A DNA stretch of 36,508 bases, from the NCBI GenBank assembly GCA_040081625.1, contig JBEBGD010000052.1:1-36508 (forward strand). The letters are read 5' to 3'. The DNA is from Chthoniobacteraceae bacterium (GTDB taxonomy: Bacteria; Verrucomicrobiota; Verrucomicrobiia; Chthoniobacterales; Chthoniobacteraceae). The notes beneath the pieces were generated by a model that was not told the DNA's origin, searched no databases, and saw nothing but the letters and a program-made list of their open reading frames with translations. A program made the position numbers and the translations under genes. Below are positions 17,173 to 27,413 of this stretch, piece by piece (the first letter of the stretch is position 1; each line of letters opens with the position of its first letter).

Positions 17173-18162
17173 ATGTCAGCTACTCTCGAAGAAACGAACG
17201 AACGCGTGCGGCAAGCTTCAGCATGGGTCACGCGTCTGCGCGAGACCGTGGGGCAGGTCGTCGTCGGCCAGCAGGCGCTCATTGACCGGCTGCTCGTCGG
17301 CCTGCTCGCCAATGGCCACGTCCTGCTCGAAGGCGTTCCCGGCCTCGCCAAGACGCTCTCAGTTCGCACGCTCGCCGCGGCAATCCACGCGAGCTTTTCG
17401 CGCATCCAGTTCACGCCCGATCTTCTGCCCGCCGACATCACCGGCACGCTCATCTACAACCCGAGCGACCATCAGTATCACGCGACGAAGGGCCCGATCT
17501 TCGCAAACATCGTGCTCGCCGATGAGATCAATCGCGCGCCGGCGAAGGTGCAGAGCGCGCTGCTCGAGGCGATGCAGGAACGACAGGTGACGCTCGGCGG
17601 CGAAGCGAACCCGCTCCCCACACCCTTCCTCGTGCTCGCGACGGAGAACCCGATCGACCAGGAAGGCACGTATCCCCTGCCCGAGGCGCAGGTCGATCGC
17701 TTCATGCTCAAGGTCATCATCGGCTACCCGACCTTCGAGGAGGAGCGCCGCATCCTCGACACGATGGCCTTCACCCGGCCGAACATGGAAGTCGAGCGCG
17801 TGATCGACCTCGATGAAATCATCGCCGCGCGTGCCGTCGTCGATTCGATCCATGTGGATGAGAAGATTCGCGACTACATCGTCCACGTCGTGTTCGCGAC
17901 GCGCGACCCGAAGAAATACGGGCTCGAGATCGCACGGCTCATCGAGTTCGGCGCGAGCCCGCGCGCGACGATCAACCTCACGCTCGCCGCGAAGGCCTGG
18001 GCGCTGCTCAATGGCCGCAGCTACGTGATCCCCGACGACGTAAAGGCGATCGGCCTCGACGTGCTCCGCCACCGCATCATCCCGAGCTACGAAGCCGAAG
18101 CGCAGGGCCGCACGACCGATGAACTTGTGCGCGCGGTCTTCGACCACGTGCCGGTGCCGTAG
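17173..18162 (+). CDS. moxR: MoxR-family AAA+ ATPase
   Basis: LLEGVPGLAKT, RIQFTPDLLPAD, LADEINRAPAKVQSALLEAM, GTYPLPEAQVDRF, GASPR. Confidence 0.96.
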   Translation: MSATLEETNERVRQASAWVTRLRETVGQVVVGQQALIDRLLVGLLANGHVLLEGVPGLAKTLSVRTLAAAIHASFSRIQFTPDLLPADITGTLIYNPSDHQYHATKGPIFANIVLADEINRAPAKVQSALLEAMQERQVTLGGEANPLPTPFLVLATENPIDQEGTYPLPEAQVDRFMLKVIIGYPTFEEERRILDTMAFTRPNMEVERVIDLDEIIAARAVVDSIHVDEKIRDYIVHVVFATRDPKKYGLEIARLIEFGASPRATINLTLAAKAWALLNGRSYVIPDDVKAIGLDVLRHRIIPSYEAEAQGRTTDELVRAVFDHVPVP

Positions 18163-18165
18163 GCG

Positions 18166-19068
18166 ATGCCGGATTCCGCCGATCTGCTCAGCCGCGTGCG
18201 CCGCGTCGAGATCACGACGCGACGCGCGGTGAACGACATGATGGTCGGCGCCTACCATTCGCAGTTCAAAGGTCGCGGGCTCGATTTCGAGGAACTGCGC
18301 GAATACATCCCCGGCGACGACGTGCGCTCGATCGACTGGAACGTGACCGCGCGGATGAGGCGGCCCTTCGTGAAAAACTATCGCGAGGAGCGCGAACTCA
18401 CGACATGGCTGGTGGTCGATGTGTCCGCATCGGGCGAGTTCGGGTCGCAGCGCGTGAGCAAACGCGAGTTCGCCGCCGAGGTCGCGGCGACGCTCGCGGT
18501 CTCCGCGCTGAAGAACGGTGACAAGGTCGGCCTGCTGCTTTTCACCGACGAGGCGGAACTCCTGGTCAAGCCGAAGAAGGGCCGGCGCCACCTGCTGCGA
18601 ATCATCCGGGAGTTGCTCGCCTTCGAGCCGCGGCATCGCCGCACCGACATCCAGAACGCGCTCGTTTATTTTAATCACGTCGCCAAGCGCCGAGCGATCG
18701 TCTTCCTCGTCACCGACTTCCTGCACAGCATGGGCCGCTCGTCGGCGACCGGGCGCGAGCTCTTCGACGAGATCGGCCAGACGAATGTGCGGCACGATCT
18801 CGTCGCCATGCACCTGCACGATCCGCGCGAGACCGAGCTGCCGGACGCGGGCGTGATCACGCTCGAGGACAGCGAGACCGGCGCGATCTACACGCTCGAC
18901 GCCGCGCGCCCATCGCTGCGCTCGGCGTATGCGCGCGAAGCCGAGGCGCGGCTCGCAAGCCTCGACCGCTCGCTCGCCGAGTCCGGCGTGGACACGCTGC
19001 GCCTCAGCGCCGGCGAACAATTCGCGCCGCGGCTCCAGCGCTTCTTCGAACAACGCCGCCGCAGATGA
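18166..19068 (+). CDS. DUF58 (VWA-like) protein
   Basis: KGRGLDFEELREYIPGDDVRSIDWNVTAR, VDVSAS. Confidence 0.93.
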   Translation: MPDSADLLSRVRRVEITTRRAVNDMMVGAYHSQFKGRGLDFEELREYIPGDDVRSIDWNVTARMRRPFVKNYREERELTTWLVVDVSASGEFGSQRVSKREFAAEVAATLAVSALKNGDKVGLLLFTDEAELLVKPKKGRRHLLRIIRELLAFEPRHRRTDIQNALVYFNHVAKRRAIVFLVTDFLHSMGRSSATGRELFDEIGQTNVRHDLVAMHLHDPRETELPDAGVITLEDSETGAIYTLDAARPSLRSAYAREAEARLASLDRSLAESGVDTLRLSAGEQFAPRLQRFFEQRRRR

Positions 19069-19601
19069 GCGTCTTCGCCGCGATCAAGAAAGCGGAGGGG
19101 CCAATCCCGGAACTCCGCCCCCCGAAGGGCGAGATCGCCTTCGACATTCCCGAGGGCGCAATCCTCAACGCCGCCCTGATCTTCGCCTTCGTGGTGCTCC
19201 TCGTCGGGCGTTTCATCCACATGCGCCGCCCGGCGCCACCGCTGCCGATCGAACCGCCGATCCACGTCGCGCGACGCGAACTCGAGGCGGTCTCCGGTCC
19301 GTCGGCACTGGAGGAATGCGCGCGCATCGTGCGGCGCTACGTGCTCGACGCCTACGGGCTCGGGCCGGAAGGCGCGACCGCCGCGGAGCTGGCCGCGCAA
19401 TTCGCCGCGCATCGGTTTGCGATCACCGATTTGACGATCGCTCTGGAGACCTTCCTCGCCGACTGCGACCGCGCGCGTTTTGCGCCGGAGGATGCGGAGC
19501 ACCTCGCGGAGACATGCACCGGGCGCGCGCTCGCCCTCGTCGAGGCACTCGACCAGCGACGCCGCACCGCGGAGCCGGCGCCGCTACCCGTCGCGACATG
19601 A
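19065..19601 (+). CDS. Single-TM Bat-operon accessory protein (DUF4381-like)
   Basis: One TM, helical C-terminus with DRARFA; coupled between DUF58 and BatA. Confidence 0.7.
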   Translation: MSVFAAIKKAEGPIPELRPPKGEIAFDIPEGAILNAALIFAFVVLLVGRFIHMRRPAPPLPIEPPIHVARRELEAVSGPSALEECARIVRRYVLDAYGLGPEGATAAELAAQFAAHRFAITDLTIALETFLADCDRARFAPEDAEHLAETCTGRALALVEALDQRRRTAEPAPLPVAT

Positions 19602-20641
19602 GCACGTCGTTCGAGTTTCAATATCCGTGGTTGCTCGCGCTGCTCGCGCTGCTGCCGCTCTATGCCTTTCTGCGCGGGCAGTTCGGCGCGGAGGCGGCGA
19701 TCCCATTTTCCAGCGCGGAGATCATCGAGCGCCTCGGCACGCGGGTGCGCGCTGCGGGCGGAAGGTTGCTGATTTTTCTCCGGCTCGCCGTGCTTGCGCT
19801 CGCGATCGTCGCGCTCGCCGGGCCGCGCCGCGTGAATGACCAGACGGAGACGCAGTCGAGCGGCGTGGACATCCTGCTCGTGCTCGATCTTTCGTGGTCG
19901 ATGATGGCGCTCGACATGGGCGGCGAAGGCGAGCGCATCACGCGGTTCGACATCGCCCAGAAGGTCTTGAAGGATTTCATCGAGCGCCGGCCCGCCGATC
20001 GCATCGGGCTCGTGTGCTTCAGCGGCGTGCCGTATTTCGTGAGCCCGCTCACGCTCAATCACGACTGGATCCGCATGAACCTCGATCGGCTCCACATCGG
20101 CATGATCCGCGAGCTCGGAACGGCGATCGGCGATGCGACGGCGATGGCGGTGAAGCGGATCGCCGGCGTGAAGGACAGCAAGAGCCGGATCATCATCGTG
20201 CTCACCGACGGCGATAACAACAAAGGTGAGCTCGATCCGATTCCCGCGGCGGAAGTCGCCCGCGCGATGAAGGCGCGGCTTTACACGATCGGCATCGGCA
20301 AGGACGAACCGACGCCGCTGCCGTCCTTCGACACCTCGACCGGTCACCTCCGGCTCGATGCATTCAAGCAGCCGATGCTGACTTCGACGATCCTGCAGCC
20401 GGCAAACTACTCGGTGCTCGGAAAGATGGCCGAGATCGGGAGCGGGCGCTTCTATCGCGCGACGAACCGGCAGGAACTCGAGAGCATCTACGACGACATC
20501 GACCGCCTCGAGCGCACCGAGGTGAAGCTCAAGCATCACCGCACCTACACGCCGCTGTTTGTCTGGCCGCTGCTCGGTGCGTTCGCGCTCCTGATCACCG
20601 AGCAAGTCCTCGCGCACACGCGCTACCGCCGCGTCCCATGA
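19598..20641 (+). CDS. batA: BatA-like VWA membrane protein
   Basis: FQYPWLL N-terminus, ALAGPR, MIDAS DLSWSM, GTAIGDA, LTDGDNN. Confidence 0.9.
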   Translation: MSTSFEFQYPWLLALLALLPLYAFLRGQFGAEAAIPFSSAEIIERLGTRVRAAGGRLLIFLRLAVLALAIVALAGPRRVNDQTETQSSGVDILLVLDLSWSMMALDMGGEGERITRFDIAQKVLKDFIERRPADRIGLVCFSGVPYFVSPLTLNHDWIRMNLDRLHIGMIRELGTAIGDATAMAVKRIAGVKDSKSRIIIVLTDGDNNKGELDPIPAAEVARAMKARLYTIGIGKDEPTPLPSFDTSTGHLRLDAFKQPMLTSTILQPANYSVLGKMAEIGSGRFYRATNRQELESIYDDIDRLERTEVKLKHHRTYTPLFVWPLLGAFALLITEQVLAHTRYRRVP

Positions 20642-21663
20642 TGGATTTCTCGGCCGCACATTTCGAAAATCCCGGCCGCCTCTGGCTCGCCGCGCTCGTG
20701 CTGGTCGGGCTCGCGGGCGTCTTTGTTTATGCGGCACTCGCGCGCAAACAGCAGCTCGCCACGTTCGCCGATCCGTCGTCGCTGGATCGCCTGCTTGCCA
20801 CGCTCAGCCCGGTTCGCCGCGCGGTGAAGCTCGGGCTCATTCTGCTCGCGGTCGCATTCCTCGGCATCGCCTTCGCGCGTCCGCAGTGGGGCGAGGAGCG
20901 CGACACGAATGTCGGCACCGGCGAGGACACGATCTTCGTGCTCGACACCTCGAAGTCGATGCTCGCGACCGACGTGCGCCCGAACCGGCTCGACCGCGCG
21001 AAGCTCGCCATCCAAGACTACCTGCGCCGCCATGCGCGCGGGCGGGTCGGGCTGGTCGTCTTCGCCGGGCAGGCCTTTCTCCAGTGCCCGCTCACGCTCG
21101 ATTACGACGCATTTTCCGACACGCTGCGGATGGTCGATGTAAACGCGATCCCCGTGCCCGGCAGCGACCTCGCGCGCGCTCTCGACGAGGCGTCGCGCGC
21201 GCTCGAGCGGAACGAAGGCCGCCGCCTCATGGTGCTGCCCACCGACGGCGAGGACCTCGCCGGCGCCGGCGTGAAATCGGCGCAGGAACTCGCGAAAAAG
21301 AAGGTGAGCATTTACACCGTCGGCGTCGGCACGGCAGCCGGCACCACGGTGCAGGTGCCGGGCGAAGGCGGCGCCATCCAGCCGTTGCTCGATGGCGAGG
21401 GACGCCCGGTCGTGAGCCGGCTCGACGAGAAGACGCTGCGCGCGATCGCCGAGGCGACCGGCGGTCAATACCAACTGCTCGGCACCGTCGGCGACGGCAT
21501 GGACAAGGTGCGCCACGCCGTTTCCAACCTGACCGCCAGCCAGCGCGAGGCGCTCATCCGCACGCGCGGCATCGATCGATACCACTGGCCGCTGGGGATT
21601 GCGCTCGCGCTGCTCTTGATCGAACCTCTGCTCCGCGAACGCCGCCGCGCGAACGCCGAATGA
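20638..21663 (+). CDS. batB: BatB-like VWA membrane protein
   Basis: ARPQWG, DTSKSMLATDVRPNRL, PLTLDY, TDGED. Confidence 0.9.
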   Translation: MMDFSAAHFENPGRLWLAALVLVGLAGVFVYAALARKQQLATFADPSSLDRLLATLSPVRRAVKLGLILLAVAFLGIAFARPQWGEERDTNVGTGEDTIFVLDTSKSMLATDVRPNRLDRAKLAIQDYLRRHARGRVGLVVFAGQAFLQCPLTLDYDAFSDTLRMVDVNAIPVPGSDLARALDEASRALERNEGRRLMVLPTDGEDLAGAGVKSAQELAKKKVSIYTVGVGTAAGTTVQVPGEGGAIQPLLDGEGRPVVSRLDEKTLRAIAEATGGQYQLLGTVGDGMDKVRHAVSNLTASQREALIRTRGIDRYHWPLGIALALLLIEPLLRERRRANAE

Positions 21664-22562
21664 ACACCCAACACACTCTCCCTTTTCTCCTCGTCGCCGC
21701 CGCGCTCGCCGCGAATGCCGGCGCGAAAGAAATCTCGCCACGCGAGGCTTACAACCAGGGCGTCGAGGCATTGAAGAAGGGCTACTTGCGCGAGGCGGAG
21801 AGCTGGCTGCTGCGCTCGACGGCCGCGCAGCGCGAGTCGCTTCAGCCGCCAGCGCTCTACGATCTGGGCCACGTGCGCTTCGGGCAGGGCCAGGAGCTGC
21901 TGAAGGGTGAATCGCCGCGGCAGCCGCTGGTGGACAACGCCGACAACGCAAACGACGACGGGGTCGATGCGACCATGCGCGCAAATCGCGCGCTGAAGAA
22001 GGATCAGCTCAACGATATCCTCGAGGCGTATCTTTCCGGCCGGCCAATCCGCAAACAACTCCGGCTCGCGCACGAGGACGTGCAGCGCGCGCTCGATCTT
22101 TACGGCGCGGTGCTGGTTCGCTGGCGGCGCTCGGTCGGCGACTTCCGCAGTTCGGACGAACTCAAGGCCAGCGAGGACTCGACCTTCAACGCCCGCGTCG
22201 TCGAGCGGCACATCGAGGAACTGCTCAAGCACGTGAAGCAACTCGAGCAGCAGAAGGAGCAACTCGGGCAGACGCGCGGGGAGCTGAAACAGAAGATGGC
22301 GGAGCTGAAGGGAAGGATCCCCGACGAACTCAAGCAGCCCGGCGATGGCGACGAGGACGAGGATGAGGACGAGGAGCCGAACCAACCGAAGCCCGAGTCC
22401 GGCTTTCAGGATCGCGGACAAAAGGAAGGTGAGAAGCGCGGAATCACGCCGGAGATCGCGCAGCAGATCCTCGAGGCGCTCGGCCTCCGGGGTGATCGCA
22501 AGCTTCCCATCGGCGGCGATGAGCCGACGAAGCCGCGGGACAAAAAGGGCAAGGACTGGTGA
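21660..22562 (+). CDS. BatC-like TPR/coiled-coil protein
   Basis: Signal peptide, AYNQG and ALYDLG TPR-like motifs, acidic linker, AQQILEAL, terminal KDW. Confidence 0.75.
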   Translation: MNTQHTLPFLLVAAALAANAGAKEISPREAYNQGVEALKKGYLREAESWLLRSTAAQRESLQPPALYDLGHVRFGQGQELLKGESPRQPLVDNADNANDDGVDATMRANRALKKDQLNDILEAYLSGRPIRKQLRLAHEDVQRALDLYGAVLVRWRRSVGDFRSSDELKASEDSTFNARVVERHIEELLKHVKQLEQQKEQLGQTRGELKQKMAELKGRIPDELKQPGDGDEDEDEDEEPNQPKPESGFQDRGQKEGEKRGITPEIAQQILEALGLRGDRKLPIGGDEPTKPRDKKGKDW

Positions 22563-24436
22563 GGATCAGACCGGTGAAGACCGCCGCGCTCAAAGCGGCC
22601 CTCCTGCTGCTCACGAGCACTGTCGCCCTTGCGCAAATCCCGCCGCTGCCTCCCGGGGTGCCGCAGGATTTTCCGCTCACGCCACGCTCGCGCGGGCCGG
22701 TGCCCATGCAGCCGCCGCAGACGGCGCAGCCGTTTCTCCCGGTCGATCCCCTCGCCCAGCAGGCACTCAGCGCGACGGCTTCGTTCGAGCCGCCGGTGCT
22801 GCGACTGATGCGCTTCGGCGAATACCGCGTCACGATCCTCGGCAGTTCCTCCGGCATCGAGCTACCCGATCCACTCCCGGCGCCGGACGGACTTATCCTC
22901 GACCTCACCGACAAGGCGCCCGGCACCTCGATCATCAACGGGCGTCGCGTGATGACGATGACCTTCCGATATACCGTCGCCGCGGCGCGACCGGGGACAT
23001 TCCTCGTGCCGTCGTTCACCGCGACGGTCGCCGGCACGATCGTGACGGTGCCCGCCGCGCAAGTCATCGTGCAGACGCCGGGGCCGGCCGATCTGCCGTA
23101 TCAGCCGGTGAAAGCGGTGCTCGATCTGCCCGCGGGCGATTACTTCGTCGGGCAGATGCTGCCCGCGCGCCTGCTCGTCTTCGACACGCCGGATGAGACC
23201 GTGCAAGCCATCGCGAACGTGACCAAGCCGAGCGGCGATTTTCTTTTTCAAAGCCAGAGCGGATCGCGGCGCGAACGGATCGCGTGGGAAGGCAGGGAGC
23301 AGAGCGCGCTCGTGACGCCGCTGCGGCTCACGCCGATCAAGTCGGGGGAGACCGACGTGACCCTCCAGGCGATCGTCTTCGTGAACAAACTCAACCTCGT
23401 GGGCCGCTCGAGCGGCAACACCGCGCAGGCGATGCTCGACACCGCGCCGGTCCGCGTGCGCGTCCGCACGCTGCCCGAGGCCGGGCGCAAGCCGGGCTTC
23501 ACCGGCGCGATCGGGAAGTTCGAGCTCGGCCGTCCGGTGCTGTCGGCCGCGGAGGCGGTCGTCGGCGATCCGATCACGATGACGGTGACGCTCATCGGCG
23601 AGGGCAACCTCGAGGCGATCGGGGCACCGACGATCGAGACGAACGAGACGTGGCAGAGCTTCACGCCGACGATGAGCGTCGATCGCGATGTCTTCAGCGG
23701 ACGCGGCACGAAGACGATCACCTACACGCTCATCCCACGCGTCACGGAGACGCGCGCGGTGCCGGCGATCCCGTTCAGCTACTTCGATCCCGAGCGGAAG
23801 GAGTTCATCGATCTGACCATCCCTCCGCAACCGGTGAGCGTGAAACCGAGCGGTGCGCCGCCAGTGCCGACTGCCGAAATTCCAGCCGCAGCGCCAGCGC
23901 CCGAACCTGAAGCTGCGTCGCCGAAGCGCGCCGAACCGATCCTCACCGGCCTCGCGGAGAAGCCCGGCGCATGGCGTCGCTCACCGTCGCCGATCGCCTG
24001 GAGGGGATGGTTTTGGGCCGGACAGGCGGCACCCGCGCTCGCGCTGCTCGGCTTGTGGGGCTGGAGGCGGCGTGTCGATTTCCTCGCCACTCATCCCGAG
24101 ATCGTCCGCCGACGCGAGGCGCGCGCTGCGGCGCGCAGTCATCTTCGTCTCGCCCGCAGCGCCGCGCGGCGACGCGATGCCGATGCATTTGTCACCGCGA
24201 GCATCGACGCGATCCGCGCCGCCGCCGCGCCGCTCGACACGACCGAGGCGCAGAGCCTCGTGCTGCAGGAAGTGCTCGCGAAACTTCCGTCCGAGCACGA
24301 CGCGACGGTGCGCCGACTTTTCGCGCACACACACACGAAGTGCTTCTCCGGGCACGGCGTCGAAGTGAATGGGGTGCTGGAACTGCTGCCGGAAGTGCAG
24401 CGCACTGTGGCAGTCATCGAGAGGCATCAGCCATGA
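22559..24436 (+). CDS. batD: BatD-family protein
   Basis: Signal peptide, FTGAIGKF, GEGNL, FSYFDP, C-terminal TM. Confidence 0.85.
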   Translation: MRIRPVKTAALKAALLLLTSTVALAQIPPLPPGVPQDFPLTPRSRGPVPMQPPQTAQPFLPVDPLAQQALSATASFEPPVLRLMRFGEYRVTILGSSSGIELPDPLPAPDGLILDLTDKAPGTSIINGRRVMTMTFRYTVAAARPGTFLVPSFTATVAGTIVTVPAAQVIVQTPGPADLPYQPVKAVLDLPAGDYFVGQMLPARLLVFDTPDETVQAIANVTKPSGDFLFQSQSGSRRERIAWEGREQSALVTPLRLTPIKSGETDVTLQAIVFVNKLNLVGRSSGNTAQAMLDTAPVRVRVRTLPEAGRKPGFTGAIGKFELGRPVLSAAEAVVGDPITMTVTLIGEGNLEAIGAPTIETNETWQSFTPTMSVDRDVFSGRGTKTITYTLIPRVTETRAVPAIPFSYFDPERKEFIDLTIPPQPVSVKPSGAPPVPTAEIPAAAPAPEPEAASPKRAEPILTGLAEKPGAWRRSPSPIAWRGWFWAGQAAPALALLGLWGWRRRVDFLATHPEIVRRREARAAARSHLRLARSAARRRDADAFVTASIDAIRAAAAPLDTTEAQSLVLQEVLAKLPSEHDATVRRLFAHTHTKCFSGHGVEVNGVLELLPEVQRTVAVIERHQP

Positions 24437-25182
24437 CAGCCTCTCGTTGGATCACCCTGGGCGTCCTCCTGCTGTTCATCGCTGCTGCGTTCTCCATCAG
24501 GAGCTCACGATCCGGACCATTCGTGGAATTCTTCCGGGCAAAGACCGCCATTGAGCGTGGCGACAATCAAGCAGCGCGCGATGAAACAAACGCGACGTCC
24601 GCAAGGCAGGTCGCGCCTGGCCTTCTCCACAACCTCGGCAACGCCGAGTTCAAGCTCGGCAAGCTCGGCCCGGCGATTCTCGCGTGGGAGCGGGCGCACG
24701 CGCTCGATCCGGGCTTTCGGAATACGACTGCGAACCTTCGCTTCGCGCGCGGGCAGGCGGGGCTGAGTGAGCCGGAGTATTCGTGGGAAGAGAAATACTC
24801 TGCGATGCTCGCGCCGGATTCGTGGCTGTGGATGGCGACTATTGCGTTCTGGACCGCCGCGGCGCTGCTCGCGCTGCCCGCATTGCTCAAGCGCCGCCGC
24901 ACCGCATGGACTCAGGGTGGCGCGGTGGTGGCCATCGGCGTCTTCCTGCTCACTCTGCCGGCGCTCACGGGGATCTATTCACGCGGAAAGCTCGGCGTCG
25001 TGCTCGCGCCGGAAACGACGCTACGGCTCACGCCGACGAAGGAAGGCGAGATGCTCGGCAAGCTCGCGGAGGGCGAACTTGCGCGCGTCGAGAAGCGGCG
25101 GGGCGACTACGTGTATGTGCGCGCCGCGAGTGATCGCGCGGGCTGGGTGCGGAGCGGTGGGTTCGCAACGATCTGGCCGTAG
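24433..25182 (+). CDS. BatE-like TPR + SH3-like protein
   Basis: HNLGNAEFKLG..AILAWERA TPR, two TMs, terminal AGWV. Confidence 0.8.
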   Translation: MTASRWITLGVLLLFIAAAFSIRSSRSGPFVEFFRAKTAIERGDNQAARDETNATSARQVAPGLLHNLGNAEFKLGKLGPAILAWERAHALDPGFRNTTANLRFARGQAGLSEPEYSWEEKYSAMLAPDSWLWMATIAFWTAAALLALPALLKRRRTAWTQGGAVVAIGVFLLTLPALTGIYSRGKLGVVLAPETTLRLTPTKEGEMLGKLAEGELARVEKRRGDYVYVRAASDRAGWVRSGGFATIWP

Positions 25183-25186
25183 CGAA

Positions 25187-25990
25187 TCAGTCCGCCAGCG
25201 CGGGCGTGCCGCCGATCTGCATGCGCTGTGTGATCTCGCGCTGCGTGGCGCACACGACTTCCACCTGCTCGCCGGAGCGCGCGGCGAGGCAGCTCCGCAC
25301 GGTGCCGACGGCGAGGTCGGGCGAATTGCAGTCGCGACTCAGGTGCCCGAGCACGGCGCGGCGCAGCTTGCCCTCGATCAAGTCGGCGAGCACGGCGGCA
25401 GCCGCGTCGTTGGAGAGGTGGCCGTGTCGCGACATGATGCGCTGCTTGATGCTCCACGGGCGGCGCGTGTCGGCCTGGAGCAGTTTCTCGTCGTGATTCG
25501 TCTCGATGACGACGGTGTGCGCGGCGCGCATCCGCTCATGCACGAGCTTGGTCGCGAAGCCGAGGTCGGTGAGGAAGCCGAGCGCGGTGCGGGCGTGGTG
25601 GAGGACGAAGCCGACCGGCTCGACGGCGTCGTGCGGGACGGGAACCGTCTCGATCTCGATGTCGCCGATTGTGAAATCCGAGCCGGTGATGAACATGCGG
25701 AAATCCTTCGATACTTTTTGGTCGCGGCGGAGCGCCTCGCCGGTGAGCCGGTTGCAATAGACGGGGGTGTGAAAGTTTTTGCACCAGACATCAAGGCCCC
25801 CGGCGTGATCGCTGTGCTCGTGGGTGAGCAGGATGCCGCTGATCTCGATCGGGTTCACTCCACATGCGCGCAGGCGCTCGACCATCTGCTTCGCGCTCAG
25901 GCCGCCATCGATCAGCAGGCGCGCGCCCGGCGTCTCGATCAGCGCGCAATTTCCCGCGCTGCCGCTGCCGAGGATGGTGAGGTGAAACAT
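25187..25990 (-). CDS. MBL-fold metallo-hydrolase (YycJ/WalJ-like)
   Basis: LGSGSAGN, THEHSDH, VPHDA, TDLG, ETNHD, GHLSN, LGHLS. Confidence 0.9.
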   Translation of the reverse strand: MFHLTILGSGSAGNCALIETPGARLLIDGGLSAKQMVERLRACGVNPIEISGILLTHEHSDHAGGLDVWCKNFHTPVYCNRLTGEALRRDQKVSKDFRMFITGSDFTIGDIEIETVPVPHDAVEPVGFVLHHARTALGFLTDLGFATKLVHERMRAAHTVVIETNHDEKLLQADTRRPWSIKQRIMSRHGHLSNDAAAAVLADLIEGKLRRAVLGHLSRDCNSPDLAVGTVRSCLAARSGEQVEVVCATQREITQRMQIGGTPALAD

Positions 25991-26022
25991 GGCGCGTCTT
26001 ATCCGACGCGCGCGGCGGTGCG

Positions 26023-26727
26023 TCAATCCGCGGGGCGCGGCGTGTCCATCAACGCGAGGATGCGCTGCTTTTTCTCGGAGTAGTCGAGCGAATGGAAGAC
26101 TCGGATTTCGTCGATGCGGCGCGCGCTGTTGAGGGCGTCGAGGCAGGCGGTGTAGTGCTTCGCCAGCTCGCAAGTCTCGGCGTAGCGGCCACGCAGATTC
26201 GGATCGGAGTAGGCGCCCTTGCTCTGGCTTGCGAACAGGTGGAAGCGCAGCCAGCGACGATCGGCGCGGGAGACACGCTGGCTTCGGCGGAAGAAGCCGA
26301 CGAAGAGCAGCAGCACGAGATACGTATCGACCTGCGCCTGGAGTTCGAGATTGCGCGCGAAGTCCTCGCTCTCGATTTCGCGCACGCCGCGCCGGAAGGC
26401 GAGCGCCGCGTGGAGCGCGTGGTTGATCTCCTCCACGAAGGCGATGAGGTGGCGGATGTTTGCGTCGCTGATGCCGCGGCGCGGGTCGTGGCGCTCGAGT
26501 TCGTCGATGAGCCAGCGCGAGTAGTAGATGCCGATGTGGAGATCCTCCCCGACGCGCCGCAGGAAGGTGCGCGCAAGGTCGCTCAATTCGCGCGCAGCGG
26601 CGCCGGCGAGTCGCGAGAGCTGGCCGCAGCGGTGGCGGTCGATGAGGCAGTCTTCGAGGTTGATGCCCGCGATGGCGTAGGTGCGCTCGAAGAGGCGCTG
26701 GATTTCGCTGAAGAGCGTGGTGCTCAT
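26023..26727 (-). CDS. Conserved-looking hypothetical protein with zincin-like EEINH...LELQAQVD motif
   Basis: ATG overlaps the upstream TGA; GC3-rich codons; motif seen directly. Confidence 0.75.
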   Translation of the reverse strand: MSTTLFSEIQRLFERTYAIAGINLEDCLIDRHRCGQLSRLAGAAARELSDLARTFLRRVGEDLHIGIYYSRWLIDELERHDPRRGISDANIRHLIAFVEEINHALHAALAFRRGVREIESEDFARNLELQAQVDTYLVLLLFVGFFRRSQRVSRADRRWLRFHLFASQSKGAYSDPNLRGRYAETCELAKHYTACLDALNSARRIDEIRVFHSLDYSEKKQRILALMDTPRPAD

Positions 26728-27413
26728 GGCAGGGAGATGATCTCGGGTGTGTCGAGGTGGAGCAGTGAATCGGAGAGCCGGTTCAGCGCGCAGCGCACGT
26801 CGTGGAAACGGTCGGAAAGCCGCTCATAGACTTCGCTCAGCGAGGCGGTGCGGGCGACGCGGTGCCCGGCGGCGGCGCGGTAGCTCGATCGGCCCATGTC
26901 TTCGTAGAAGGACAAATCCGGCGCGCCGCGCTGCGCGCGGTTTTCCACCGACTCGCGGAAGATGCCGCTGACGAAGAGCGAGTAATTGCCGATGTGCGCG
27001 CGGATGAGGAAGGTCTGCGTGGGCGACGCGCCGCGCAGGGCGACGAGCATGTCGCTGACGTATTGGATCGGCCCGGTAGAGCCGTCCGCGGGGGAGCGCA
27101 TGCGGGCGCGATCGGAAAACGTCTCGAGCAGTGAGGCGACGTAATCGCTCAACGGGCGGCTCTCGATGCCTGTCTCCTTGAGCACATGCCTGGTCAAAAT
27201 GTAGAAGTAGAGCTGCGGCGAAATGCGCAGCGGCGCGCCGTCTTCGAGCACGGTCGCGAGCAGGCGCGGGTGGTCGAGGATCGCGTCGCGTGTGTCGGCG
27301 TCGGTGAGCAGTTCGACGAGGGAGACACCGTCTTTTTCGTCCCTCGCGAGTGTCGCGACGACGAAGTCAAAATCCTCAGCGGTGAACCGGTCCCGACAAT
27401 TCGCAGTGATCAT
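26724..27413 (-). CDS. Hypothetical all-helical protein
   Basis: Clean ORF; DYVASLL, GNYSLFVSGIF, FYEDMGRSSY motifs. Confidence 0.75.
   Translation of the reverse strand: MITANCRDRFTAEDFDFVVATLARDEKDGVSLVELLTDADTRDAILDHPRLLATVLEDGAPLRISPQLYFYILTRHVLKETGIESRPLSDYVASLLETFSDRARMRSPADGSTGPIQYVSDMLVALRGASPTQTFLIRAHIGNYSLFVSGIFRESVENRAQRGAPDLSFYEDMGRSSYRAAAGHRVARTASLSEVYERLSDRFHDVRCALNRLSDSLLHLDTPEIISLP

Noticed and set aside
22349..22376. GACGAG repeats
   Set aside because: Encode the acidic linker of the BatC-like protein
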